A stretch of 64,000 nt of DNA from Octopus sinensis (taxonomy: Eukaryota). This document shows positions 13,222-26,330 of the stretch, piece by piece. The position numbers and the translations under genes were made by a program. The stretch lies in NCBI RefSeq assembly GCF_006345805.1, contig NC_043004.1, positions 49,166,001-49,230,000 of the forward strand, read 5' to 3'. Every line of letters starts with the position of its first letter. Position 1 is the first letter of the stretch. The notes beneath the pieces were generated by a model that saw only the letters and a list, made by a program, of their open reading frames with translations, did no database searches and was not told where the DNA came from.

Positions 13222-13847
13222 TTTGTGTATATATATAAACCCTGTTTTATGTTATTAATTGTAGTAGTTAAAATTTGTAGTTGTAAAAAGTGTATAAATT
13301 AGCACGAGATTATATAGTCTATATTACATAAATAGAATAAGTTGAATATTAGATGTTTATAAAATAGATAAATTAATTAAGGAGAATAAATTAAATTAAG
13401 GAATTTTAGCTTAATTTATGCTTATTATTTCACGCATTTGGTATTTAAATTATTTAGACTTTATAATTTTTCCAGTTAATAGTATATTAAAGTTAATCTT
13501 TTTCCATATACTTACAGCGAAAATACATTTGTAATTTCAATAGCTTAAATACATATTTCTATCTATTTCTTCTATAAATTCTATTTACTCCATATTTTCA
13601 CGCGATATATTTCTTATATTTCTTATAAACGCTAAGTTCGACGTTTTACGTTTAAATTGTTAGATAACGAAAATCCTTCGACAAGATAAGTTATATTTTT
13701 ATTTTAAGAAATATTGTTAAATGCTTTTCGATTATTTATAGTTAATACACGTATTTTTTTAATATATATATTTGATAATTAGTATAAGTTAAGATAAGTA
13801 CATTTATTCTATTATTATTATTTTTTATTTTTATTATTTATTATCTT

Positions 13848-13967
13848 AGACCTGATGAGTGACTATATTTTTAAATAGAATTGATTTTAGTTCGATTTAA
13901 TTTTGAATAGAATTGATTTTATTATTATTATCTATTTAAAAATATAGCCATGAAACTTGCGTAGTCT
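13848..13967 (+). ncRNA. Type I hammerhead ribozyme in the 3' terminal region of the Penelope-like element
   Basis: Stem I AGAC/GTCT; core CTGATGA 13852-13858; stem II 13859-13879 pairs with 13931-13951; GAAA 13952-13955; minimal stem III C-TTGC-G; cleavage triplet GTA 13961-13963. Confidence 0.8.
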
Positions 13968-14134
13968 TTTTACTACTATTTACTATTTATTGTACTTTAT
14001 TGATTTAAAATAAATTTTTTCCATAGTATATGTTTTCTATATGGCGTGAATAACATTTTTCTTTATTGAATTGTATTATAGTGGTTTTTCTGGAAATTAT
14101 ATACATCTACATATACATACATACATACATACAT

Positions 14135-14174
<40 letters not shown>

Positions 14175-14898
14175 ACACAAATATATATATATATATGTTT
14201 ACACACACGCACTCTCACTCACATAATATTTTGTCTCCTGAAAATAAAAACGCTTGTGTACCATTAATCTTTATATTAAAGCACTTTGCAGAATTATTGT
14301 AAAGAAACATACATAGACAAAATATATTTATGTTAATCGATATACATGATATTATGTACATAATTGCACATACGAACCTGACCCTGTTTCGCAGCGGCTC
14401 CTGGCGGAACACACATTACCGAAGTCTATATTTAAAAGATAAATAGCAATATATCGATATATTTCTGTTCAGTTTTGTGTACCGTACGGTATTGGATACA
14501 CCACTGGAAGGCTGACGTTGCGGCAGTTTCGCTCCTTGGTTTTTTCCCATTTAAGAAGTCCCTAACAATACCACATCCTATTGACTGATCCGTAGAATCC
14601 TCCCTTCCGACTACCACTAATTATCTGTCGTGTGAAAAAGAATCTCCACGCATTTGTGTCCAGTTATTTGGAAGACTTGAGGAAGACAAGTGAGGTTTAT
14701 CTATTTGGAATCATGATAAAGCAATATATAAAACAATGAGATCTTTTAGTATAAAACTATTTGAAATTATCATTGGAACGACAAAGACGTCGGCGACCAC
14801 CAACATCACCAGCAACAGCACCACCACCAGCACCACCAGCACTAGCGCCACAACCACCACCATTATCACCATCACTGCCGCAGCCGCCGCCGTTACCG

Positions 14899-15133
14899 AT
14901 ACCTATTTCTTTACTACCCACAAGGGGCCAAACACAGAGGGGACAAACAAGGACAGACAAACGGATTAAGTCGATTACATCGACTCCAGTGCGTAACTGG
15001 TACTTAATTTATCGACCCCGAAAGGATGAAAGGCAAAGTCGACCTCGGCGGAATTTGAACTCAGAACGTAACGGCAGACGAAATACCGGTAAGCATTTCG
15101 CCCGGCGTGCTAACGTTTCTGCTAGCTCGCCGT
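14899..15133 (-). mobile_element. SINE family A, full length
   Basis: Complete head-to-tail match to other family-A copies. Confidence 0.9.
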
Positions 15134-15339
15134 TACCAATACCACCATACTCACCTTTATCAACAACACCGCCACCATGCCGTCGACGGCACCCATCCCC
15201 ACCATCATTGCTCGATAGATGTGCTTTTCTGGTTTTTTGAGGGGTTTCGTCGGAGGCCAATTGTTTGAACTGGAGCTCTCGTCGCTGGTGCTGGAGTGCA
15301 ATGATTGAAAAAACCTATATTTTCCTGGTATTTAACTCT

Positions 15340-16024
15340 GTGCGTTAATGATGGCTTCCCTCTGATCACGTGTCAGTGACGAGAGAGTCATCTCTCTCAT
15401 CTTGTTCTTCATACTTTCTGTTTTTCTCTGCCACCCTTCCCTATTCTTTTCCTCTCCCCTTCACCATTCCTCTCTTTTCCTCCTCCTCCTCCTCCTCCTC
15501 CTCGACTCTCTCGTCACTGACACGTGATCAGAGGGAAGGCATCTTTCTAACTACTATCTTCACCAAGACAAGACCGCTTATCCTGTCTCTCTAATAGGCT
15601 GTCTCCTCAAGCGTTCAGAATAATTTTTCCATCGTCTTGACTTAACAACCCTCATCGTTTGTTTTCACTGTGTTATTCTCTTTGTTCTGTGTTTAACTGT
15701 TTTTACTTTTATTGTTTTTACTGTCTTGTTTTGTTCTTACTGTCCTGTTTTTGTTACCACTTTTACCCATCCGCAAAAAATCCCAAATTGCATTTAATTT
15801 GCTTTGCGAGAAGGACTGTTTCAACGAAGTCGCGTCTTGTCCTTACATTCAGAACGCGGAGTAGACGAAACAGGGACAACGGAAGAAGGGGAATATTCCT
15901 TATGTTGTATGTCTTGTACTCTGTTTTTTCGTTGTTTGAAAAGAAAAGTTCGTTTCCATGTTTTTGTTTTTATGTTTTCGTTTCTCATTGTGTTCAACGT
16001 TTTTTTGTCCTATACCCATATATG

Positions 16025-16075
<51 letters not shown>

Positions 16076-16420
16076 AGAATGTACGAACCCCCCCCCCCAA
16101 AAGATGTGTGTCCCTTTCTGTAGAAGAGCGTAGGCTCGAAACGTAAAAGACTTTTACTATTCCTGAGCGTTATACTAATACACCTGTTTGTTTTGTACAC
16201 CGCCTGTCTTTGTCTTTTGTTTTTTTCGTACACTCTCCCTATATATATCACACGCTTACCTAGTCGCACATTGTTGATCCTATCTTTTCTTACCACTACG
16301 AACTTCTCCACTGGACTCTTTACCTACTCTTTATCTACCATTTACGGATTCGTTTGGATATTTACCCTCCGGCTGCACCTCTCCTACACACGGATCACAA
16401 TGGACTCTACTCTTGATGAG
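15340..16420 (+). mobile_element. Penelope-like element terminal (pseudo-LTR) remnant
   Basis: Pyrimidine-rich tract, internal 35-bp inverted repeat, hammerhead-like motif at 16114-16149; the motif and its downstream flank recur at 37577-37710 and (inverted, diverged) near 38600-38720. Confidence 0.5.
16114..16149 (+). ncRNA. Minimal hammerhead-like motif with variant core
   Basis: CTTT-CTGTAGA-A-GAGC-gtag-GCTC-GAAA-C-GTA-AAAG: stems I and II pair; core has T where the consensus CUGANGA has A6. Confidence 0.5.
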
Positions 16421-16423
16421 ATA

Positions 16424-16476
<53 letters not shown>

Positions 16477-16975
16477 ATATATATATACATACATAGATAT
16501 AGGTATGTACATATATGTATGTATATATTTATATATTTATATATTATTTTATTATATTTATATTAATATATATATATGCATATATGAAAGAACAGAACGT
16601 GTCCAGGAGTTTAAATATACGTTTTAATAGCTAGCTTTTAGAACCGTATTCCTTGGAGGTTGACAAACAAAGAGAAAAATAAAGAGAAATATGTCTGATT
16701 GCTCGGACACTTATTTCCTAGAAGTGTCCGAAATACGCGAATTAATGTGTGTGTATATGTGCATGTGTGGTATATATATATATAATATATATATATATAT
16801 TTGTGTGTGTGTGTGTGATTATGCATCCATGTTTGCATTTACCACATGGGGTACATGTGAGGTACTGCATATATATATTAGTATAAATATTTATCTTAGC
16901 GAAATCTCACGTAGAAACTAATGAGGCGTGTCACGTAACTCCATTGTTATCGTAGCAGTTAAGTAACAAAAGATA

Positions 16976-17023
<48 letters not shown>

Positions 17024-17311
17024 CTAAAAACAAAACCGAAAAAAAAGAACAGATTAAAGCAAAATAATATAAATAAATAAATTTAAAAAAAAACATATAT
17101 CAGCTCCACCCTGTATTGTTTATCATATGAACACTCGGTTATAGACGTTAATATTTTCAGGTGTGTATTCTTATGAACAGCATCTACCACGTGCCCCACC
17201 TCTTTCCCTCTTTCCTTCTAATTCTCTTTTCCCACGTTTGCATGTATGTAGAAACTCCAGCATACCTATAAACAAGTACACACACACACACACACTCACA
17301 CACACATACGC

Positions 17312-17346
<35 letters not shown>

Positions 17347-17683
17347 GGATATTTATTTGTACACATAAATATAGATGTAGCAATCGAACAGAAAAACGCA
17401 CCATACATATAGATAAATGCACGCACACACGTTTTTGTGTCTGCGCGTATGTATGTATGTATATATATATACACATACACACATGCACACATGTATATAT
17501 ATACATATACATAGATACATGCATACACACACACATGCACATATATATATTCTTATACATAAATATGTAAATTAAACACACACTCAAATACACACACACT
17601 CACATATATATATATATATACACACGCACATACGCACTCACACACACACATACACACACACACTCACATACACACACACTCAC

Positions 17684-17714
<31 letters not shown>

Positions 17715-18204
17715 CACATACGCACTCACACACACACACATACACAACACACACACTCACATACACAAACACTCACATATTATATATATATACACACGCA
17801 CATACGCATTCACACACATACACTCACATACACACACTCACATACACACACACTCACATATATATATAGATACACACGCACATACGCACTCACACACACA
17901 CACACACACACACATATACGCGTATATATTTATGTATGTTTATAAATATGTACACACACACATACAAACACACTGAGAAACAGATTATCACGTGTAAGTG
18001 CACTTGCGTGGTGACGTAAAATGCCTCCCGCTATTTGCTAATTAGGCCAAAAGACTACATTAGCTGTTGTTTAACGCCACGTCAACACTGATTGAGCTGA
18101 GCAATGATTAGGTGCATTTCAGCCGTGGCCAATCCATTTTTTCCGATGTACTGGTAACCTAAGACCACTTTATCCAATGTATCCTCTTCTAGGGTAGCTG
18201 GGTG

Positions 18205-18522
18205 GTGACCCCCTTCGGGCAGACACTGACCATGGGTTTGCACCTAGAGAGTTACCCTCCCAGGCACAAGTCTGGGCAAGGTTGTTTTATGGAAGACCAG
18301 CAGTCGCCCATGCATACCGGCCTCCCCTCTCCACGTCACCGATGTTGTCCAAGAGAAAGGCAAGGGCCGATACAGCTTGGCATCTGTGACGTCGCAACTC
18401 ATTTCTACAGCTGAGTGAACTGGAGCAACGTGAAATAAAGTGTCTTGCTCAAGAACACAATACGCAGCCCGGTCCGGGATTCGAGCTCACAACCTCACGA
18501 CGCTCTAACCACTGAGCCACGC
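18205..18522 (-). mobile_element. SINE with family-D head (CORE-like GTTCTTGAGCAAGACACTTTATTTCAC) and tail W
   Basis: Head shared with 8046-8180, 31180-31422 and 32890-33210; tail unique in this window. Confidence 0.7.
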
Positions 18523-20489
18523 GTAGATGGGTAGCTGGGTAGAGAGCACATATTATTTATAGATCTTATTTCTTTATTGCCCACAAGGGGCTAAACATAG
18601 GCGGGACAAACAAGGACAGACCCCAGTGTGTAACTGGTACTTAATTTATCGACCCCGAAAGGATTTCAGGCAAAGTCGACCTCGGCGGAACTTAAACTCA
18701 GAACGTAGCGGCAGACGATATACCTATTTCTTTACTACCCACAAGGGGCTAAACACAGAGAGGACAAACAGGGACAGACAAACGGATTAAGTCGATTATA
18801 TCGGCCCCAGTGCATAACTGGTACAGAGCATATCGGGCAAAATGCTTAGCGACATTTCATCCGTATTTACGTTCTGAGTTCAAATTCTACCGTGGGTTGA
18901 TAAAATAAGTACTAGTTAAGTACTGGGGTCGATAAAATAAGTATTAGTTGAGTATTGGAGTCGATGTAATCGACTTACACCCTCCCTCGACATTGCTGGC
19001 CTTGTGCCAAAATTTGAAACCAATATCTGAGTGGAGTCTGGCAACTGACTGAGTTTTGAAAGTGTTACTTTCTCGGTCAGAGCGATGTTGCTGTATATAT
19101 TGTGACCGATAATCTTCTGCGACCTTGGCTAAGACATTTAATTTAATGCCTTGATTCACCAAGTCTAAAATACTATTCGAAGATACAAATCTTCTACTTG
19201 TAAATAAATACATTATGAACTACACTTTACTAAATTCAGCAATAAGGACACCGTAAATGAAATAACTTAACTTCCAGAGCTAAAACACTTCTTTTACAAG
19301 TCATTTCATTTCATTTACTTTCAGAGAAATTTCTTATTAAATTGTTACACAGAGTTGATAACTGATCCGGGTTTGAAGCTATCGATGCAAATTAGCATAC
19401 ATCAGTCTTGCTTTAAAATTAACTTCGGGGGCTCTATTGTCTGATTAATAAGCTAATGTCAAACTTTTGAGTTGCTTATACTTCACCAATTCCAAATTTT
19501 CTCGAACACACACAACAGACCTTGTAATTCCAATATTACGTTTAGTACTCAGTAATACTTTAATATTTATAATAATCTCAGAATTTTGGGCATCAGTCTG
19601 TGTAAAGAATTTAATATACTACTTGATTCACGCACTTTTCTTCCTATCAAATTATATACCTTGTTTTGGGTTTAAAATCCTGTAATAAATATCTTGTCTA
19701 AACCCTCATTCACAGCCTTACAAATCTTCAAAATTCTCTTAGTACAATTTACTCACACTCTTTCTACGGATACCAACGAGTAAGAGTTCAAGAAATTCAC
19801 GTATCAACCGCTTTTGCCCTTCTGCATAGGCTCAAATGAATAACGAACATGTAAAGCCATTAGAGTGTCGGATAGAATACCTTGCGCTCTGAACTCAAAT
19901 TTAGCCGAGGTCATCTTTCCCTTTCATCCGGTCGGGGTCGATAAAAACGTACCATTCCAGAATAAACAACACGGTCCAATACTCTTCTACTTCTGTCTAT
20001 GGTTACCAAATATTACTCATAATAAATACCATTTCAAAGACTTCCATTATTTTAATCTGTCACTCGTAAAGTTTAAGATTCCGTACGAGTTTAAGTTTGC
20101 TTTAATTGCCAATTTTTGTTGCTCACTAATATTTAGGAAAGAATTAAGTGCTATAATTCACCAATGAATATCTGCCATTCATTGAACACAACAATGTGAA
20201 GATAGTTTGCAACTTTAACACATATGCTTCTTTATTAATGGTCAATTCTCCACTGAATTCTTCCTTGACAATTCTATCTTCCAGTTTTTTTGGTATATTA
20301 TTTACTGCCTAGGATGGAAGAGCTAATCTCGTAATTTTTAAGCCGATTTGGGATTAATTGTTGGATAATTGGATGATATTAGTGTAGTAAGGCTTTTTTG
20401 ATGGAACAGAAAACCGTGTTACTGAAAAGAATTATCGGGAGGAGACGGATAAGAGAGAGAGAGAGAGAGGGAGAGAGGGAGAGAGAGAA

Positions 20490-20541
<52 letters not shown>

Positions 20542-21479
20542 CAATAACAGCGAATAATCGAAGTTATTTTTTAATACTTTGTAATAGGCAATAAAGCAGC
20601 AGATAAGCAGAGTTACTAGAGCATCGGATAGAACACTTTGCGTTAATTGTTCTGGCTTTCTACTCCCTGAGTTCAAATCCCGCCACATTCAACTTTACCT
20701 TACTCCATTTCAGTGTTGATAAATGAAATACCACTCAACTGCTAGTGTTGATTCATCTTCTCTGTTCTTCTTCCTTCTGTCTGGAAGAAACTGGATATTG
20801 TCCCGGAACGGTATGAGATTCACAAAAATTAAAACACCCAAGACGTCTTAATCTTACTTATACAACTTCATTTGAAGAGATAGGCAAAAGCGTAAATTAT
20901 TTTGATAAATCAGAAAGCCAATATAATAAAGCGGCTTATTTGATCAACCCATAAAAAAAGCTAAAGTTGATCTAGAGAGATTTGAACTCAAAATTTAAAG
21001 GCTTCGACTAAATAATACGTTAGTCACTTAATTGACCCCTCCTAAAAAAGAGATATAAAGATTAAGGAATTAAAATTGTAAAAGATTTTGGTTGTGCCAC
21101 AGGCAAGTATGTTCTGTTGTGGGCGGCTGACTTAAACCGTTACTCAGTTTAACTGCAGTACTTGACACCTTGAGTATCTTTAGAAGAAGCCACTCTGCTG
21201 ACATTCGGGTATGTCTTAGATCTGCGGATAACATCTCCTTTTTTTTGTACTACTCATTGAGGCCCAGCAAAAAGCCAGGGCACTACCTTCTCCCCTGACT
21301 ATAATATATTTTTTTTAAATGCTCTCACAACAATTATAACGTTATCATATATATCAAAAGACAGCCCCACAAAAAAACAAAACAAAAAAAACTATTCCTA
21401 ATGGGTAGCTGAAATATAAATTCTCCCATCACTTAACTTATTCACTTATCATCTTATCACTCAAGTGAAGTTATGTTGA

Positions 21480-21705
21480 ACTCACAAGCATCTTAAACCC
21501 TAAAAGGGAGATACAACACATAAATGGGGTGTACTCCACTTAGATATTTCTCAACTCCATAGAGGGAGTTATACTTACTTTTGGGATCCCTTGACCTTAG
21601 AGATAGAAGTGTACCTCACCTTCAGATCTCTTAGCCCTATAGATAGAGGTATGCCCCACCTCCAAGAGATTCGTTAACCCTGTGGATAGAGACTTGTATC
21701 TCGTA
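21480..21705. repeat. Degenerate ~40-bp minisatellite (resumes at 22388-22440)
   Basis: Recurrent units like AGATCTCTTAGCCCTATAGATAGAGGTATGCCCCACCT at ~40-bp spacing. Confidence 0.6.
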
Positions 21706-22380
21706 CTTGTACTTGTGGCAGAAATTCACCCGGAGTGGATTGAACCGGCTCCGACCAATAAGTTCACTTCGTTCCGCATAAATGTTGAATAGTTCTAACA
21801 AAATTTGACAAATTCCTCACCGGGAAAGCAAGCGCGTCGGATTGCGCGGACCCCCTAAGTCGTAGTCATCGTTCGCTCTTGAGGTGCAGAGTTCATGTTC
21901 GGAGTTTCAGTGGGAATAGAAATTCACATGTGGCCATCAGTCACATGCATACAGACCTTAGGATACTGTGATCCGTAGTAGCTCATCTTGCCGTCGATTG
22001 TTGACCGTTGCAGAGGATTCGATGACCAAGCCACCGCCGATTATCGGAACAGACGTAACCTGTGGGTTTTAGAGACATGCTTTAAGAAAATCTAAGGGAT
22101 GCCTCACTCACAGTGGTTTTTCAGCACGTCGGGCACCAACCCGGAATTTCTGTCCATGTTATTGCTAGATAGTCGTTAAATCTACATTATGGTCGCCCGT
22201 CCTTTTGATATGTCTTGCTTTTAGTCCTGCTCGGTTTCTAGCATTCCTCCCTCACCAGAAAAGCCTAGTAGATGGGACGTGTCAGTTTAGTAGCCGACAA
22301 CCAGACCATGCAACAAATTGTACTGGTTTCCATATTACTAGTAGCACTCATGAGAGATCTCCCATGACTTCACATCTGAC
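21706..22380 (-). mobile_element. 5'-truncated non-LTR retroelement, possibly RTE clade
   Basis: GC-richer insert flanked by 7-bp direct repeat TCTCGTA (21699-21705 / 22381-22387); (ACAAGT)2 tail on the minus strand; weak residual GARRAEKPL and YACD peptides. Confidence 0.5.
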
Positions 22381-22446
22381 TCTCGTAGAGATCTCTTAAA
22401 TCTATAAATAGAAATGTACATCAACTTGAAATCTTTCATCTTTGTA

Positions 22447-23299
22447 TTGGGTTGGCAACTAAGTTCCCGCCTTTTAAAAAATTTTGGAATTTATTGAGTT
22501 TTTAAAGTTTGGAATCTATTTTTTTCGAGAATTCTATTTTTGAATCATTTTGGAATCTGTCTTATTTTAGTTAATTTTAGTTAATTTTTGTTTATTTTCA
22601 GATCATTAAAATGGAATGTCAAGTTGAGAAAAACGAGCATTTTCAACACCTCCTTCTTTTTGCTTTTAATCAAGGTTCAAAAGCTGGTCGCGACATTTGT
22701 GCTGTGTATAGCTGAAAGAACCACTCATGATTGGTATGCCAAGTTCAAAAATGGAAATTTTGACCTCAAAGACGGACCTCGTTCTCGCGTCTAGCTGAGT
22801 TCGATGAAGAGCGATTAAACCAACTTTTGCACGAAAATGCTCGTCAAACGACAAGGGAAGTGGCAGAGAAAATGGAATGCTCCCACACTGCTATAGAGAA
22901 GCACTCGATAGGAAAGGTTCAGAAGTATGGAGCATGTGTTCCGCATGCTTTAAGTGACAACAACAAAAATCAATGGGCCACAATCTCCGCTGGTTTGCTT
23001 GCTCGTGTCCACTCAACTCATGGACACAAGCAACGATTTCTTTACTGAATCGTTACTGATGACGAAAAATGGTGCCTGTACATCAATATGAAGCAGTATA
23101 AGGAATGGCTTAGCCCTGGTAAACAAGCGAAACCGCGTGTGAAACAAGATCTTCATCCGCGTAAAACGATGTCGTGCGTACGGTGGGACTGGGAAGGGAT
23201 TATCCATTATGAATGGCTTAGTCGGAACCAAACAGTCAACACGGAACTTTATATTCAACAGATGGAACGACTCAACACAGCTATTCAAGAAAAAAGACC
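22447..23299 (+). mobile_element. Mariner transposon, decayed transposase, cut by an assembly gap
   Basis: TA followed by left TIR TTGGGTTGGCAACTAAG; ATG at 22611 (MECQVEKNEHF..); WYAKFKNGNFDLKDGPRS, CVPHAL, IVTDDEKWCLY, LHPRKTM..WDWEGIIHYE motifs; frameshifts and stops. Confidence 0.92.
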
Positions 23300-23399
23300 N
23301 NNNNNNNNNNNNNNNNNNNNNNNNNNNNNNNNNNNNNNNNNNNNNNNNNNNNNNNNNNNNNNNNNNNNNNNNNNNNNNNNNNNNNNNNNNNNNNNNNNN
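23300..23399. other. Assembly gap (100 N)
   Basis: Run of N. Confidence 1.
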
Positions 23400-23405
23400 C
23401 TTAGA

Positions 23406-23987
23406 CTCTTTTCTACTCTAGGCACATGGCCCGAAATTTTAGGGGAGGAGCAATTGATTAGATTGACCCCAGTGCGCAACTGGTACTTAATTTATCGACC
23501 ACGAAAGGATGAAAGGCAAAGTCGACCTCGGCGGAATTTCAATTCAGAACGTAAAGACAGACGAAATACCTATTTCTTTACTACCCACAAGGGGCTAAAC
23601 ACAGAGAGGACAAACAAGGACAGACGAACGGATTAAGTCGATTTTATCGACTCCAGTGCGTAACTGGTACTTATTTAATCGACTCCGAAAGGATGAAAGG
23701 CAAAGTCGACCTCGGCGGAATTTCAATTCAGAACGTAAAGACAGACGAAATACCTATTTCTTTACTACCCACAAGGGGCTAAACACAGAGAGGACAAACA
23801 AGGACAGACGAACGGATTAAGTCGATTTTATCGACCCCAGTGCGTAACTGGTACTTATTTAATCGACTCCGAAAGGATGAAAGGCAAAGTCGACCTCGGC
23901 GGAATTTGAACTCAGAACGTAGCGGCAGACGAAATACTGCTAAGCATTTCGCCCGGCGTGCTAACGTTTCTGCCTGCTCACCGCCTT
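23406..23987 (-). mobile_element. Head-to-tail trimer of SINE family A (183-bp unit)
   Basis: Junction GAAATACCTATTTCTTTACTACCC at ~23563 and ~23747; only the unit ending at 23987 keeps the 5' head. Confidence 0.85.
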
Positions 23988-24389
23988 AGACTGGTACTTT
24001 AATTATCGACTCCGAAAAGATAAAGCTGACCTGGGTAGGATTTGAACTCAGAACGTAAAGAGTCGGAACAGATAGAATAAGCCTTTCTATATGATGCTCG
24101 TATTATTCTGTCAATTTGGCGCGCCTCGGTTGGGTAAACGAGACAGTTATCTTAAATTTGGATATGACGTGAGTCTACACACAAGCAGCTACTCTAATTA
24201 AGATCTATTCAGTTATTGAAGGCTCACTTTCTCCAGTAGCGGAGCTGGGGGTAGCACTTTTGGGCCTGCTGTATAAGCCTATATAGGACTAAGAGCACGC
24301 TGTGGGATGCAAATTCAGAGCTTCCCGGGCTGTACATTCTCTAGCCATGTCACTGGTTTTCTCTTCTAGATATAGCGTAATGACATAAT

Positions 24390-24761
24390 CCTTTTTACTC
24401 TAGTAACAAGGCCCGAAATTTTGGGGGAGGGGGCCAGTCGATTAGATGTGCCCCACTACGCAACTGGTACTTAATTTATTGACCCCGAAAGGATGAAAGA
24501 CAAAGTCGAACTCAGAACGTAGCGGCAGACGAAATACCTATTTCTTTACTACCCACAAGGGGCTAAATACAGAGAGGACAAACAAAAGGATTAAATCGAT
24601 TACATCGACTTCAGTGCGTAACTGGTACCTAATTTATCGACTCCGAAAGGATAAAAGGCAAAGTCGACCTCGGAGGAATTTGAACTCAGAACGCAGCGGC
24701 GGACAAAATAGCACAAAGCATTTCGCCCGGCGTGATAACGTTTCTGCCAGCTCGCCGCCTT
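24390..24761 (-). mobile_element. SINE family A dimer
   Basis: Same internal junction at 24531. Confidence 0.8.
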
Positions 24762-25410
24762 AGCATAATGACATAATGCTGACCCGACTACAAGATGCAA
24801 ACCTTTGATTTCCAGTTTGTTATCCAGAACCCAATCCATTTGACTGCAAGTGTTCTTAAATTCGAGTTGGTCACTGCTCTAAATAATTCCGTGCCTTACA
24901 ACAGATCTGCCTAAGATAAAACAACAACCCTAACCACAACAACAACATAGCAAGTTTGCCAATAGCGGTTACCAAATTTTGCGCGTGGTAACACGGAAAC
25001 CTATACGTGGTCACTCGATCTACTAAAAATTGCAACCAAATTCTCTATTAAATCATACCCTATCACTTTAAATAAAGAACAGTACATTGCACAGTGTAGT
25101 CCCTGTTACACAAAAAAATGCTGATCCGAAGCGAATCAACAACAACAACAACAACTACGAGTTTTGCATTCTTTAGTGTTCTCCTTCTTTTCTTCCTTCA
25201 TTCCTGCTCTTTCTTGTTCGACATCAGCTTTAAAAAGACAAATGGAGTGAAACTCTTTTCCTACGTTCAAACCCGGCAAGATATCATCAAGGTTCTCTCT
25301 GAACTTTTTTTGTCCATGGCCTATGATAAAAATGACTTCAACCATGCCCCCCCTCCCACTCACCGCCATCCTATTTTTTATTCATACATAATGTTTAAAT
25401 AAAATAATAT

Positions 25411-25603
25411 AGGCGCAGGTGTGGCTGTGTAGTAAGTAGCTTACTTCAAACACATAGTTCGGGTTCAGTCCCACTGCGTGGCACCTTGGGCAGTGTCTTC
25501 TACTATAGCCTCGGGCCGACCAAAGCCTTGTGAGTGGAGTTTGTAGACGAAACTGAAAGAAGCCCGTCGTGTATATAATATATATATAATATATATATAT
25601 ATC

Positions 25604-25647
<44 letters not shown>

Positions 25648-26330
25648 CACGACGGGCTTATATATATATATATATATATACATATATATACACGACGGGC
25701 TTCTTTCAGTTTCGTCTACCACATCCACTCACAAGGCTTTGGTCGGCCGAGGCTATAGTAGAAGACACTTGCCCAGGTACCACGCAGTGGGACTGAACCC
25801 GAACCATGTGGTTGGTAAGTAAGCTACTTACCACACAGCCACACCTTCTTTTTAGGAATAGCTAACCTTTGTCTGCATTATCAAGAGTGTCCTTTATTTT
25901 TAGGATAAATGTATGGAGTGAAGGATATTTACCTGCTATACCTAGCAGATCGAGTTACCATGTAGAAGTTCCTTCGTTGGTTTATATAAGAACAGAATTG
26001 TTAGTCTTGTTTATTCCCTTTTCGCCACTCAACAGTGATAGAAAATACCTATCATTAAAGGTGTTCCAACGAGGACCATCTCATCTCTTTGAATATATAA
26101 GAAAGTAAATTTATATATATATGTTAGTGTGTCTGTGTTTGTCACCCCTGCCATCGCTTGACAACCGATGTTGGTGTGTTTACATACCCGTAACTTAGCG
26201 GTTCGGTAAAAGAACCCGATAGAATAAGTACTAGGCTTACAAAGAATAAGTTCTGGGGTCGATTTGTTCAACTAAAGGCGGTGTTCCAGCATGGCCGTAG
26301 TCAAATGACTAAAACAAATAATACAAATAA
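25411..26330 (+). mobile_element. SINE family B split at its internal (TA)n by an inverted insertion
   Basis: Head 25411-25572, tail ~26110-26330; intervening 25690-26105 is inverted local sequence. Confidence 0.8.

Noticed and set aside
14761-15240. 159-aa Pro-rich ORF
   Set aside because: Composed of (CAC)n repeats plus a SINE read in antisense.
19250-20300. Possible decayed hAT transposase on the minus strand
   Set aside because: Only very short motif hints (LQDFK, ILELQ); not supportable without a homology search.
20770-20820. Hammerhead-like CTGGAAGAA...GGAACGGTA
   Set aside because: Core and stems too degenerate.
23406-23987. CRISPR-like or prokaryotic repeat array
   Set aside because: Units are whole SINE bodies without unique spacers, there are no cas-like ORFs, and the context is eukaryotic.
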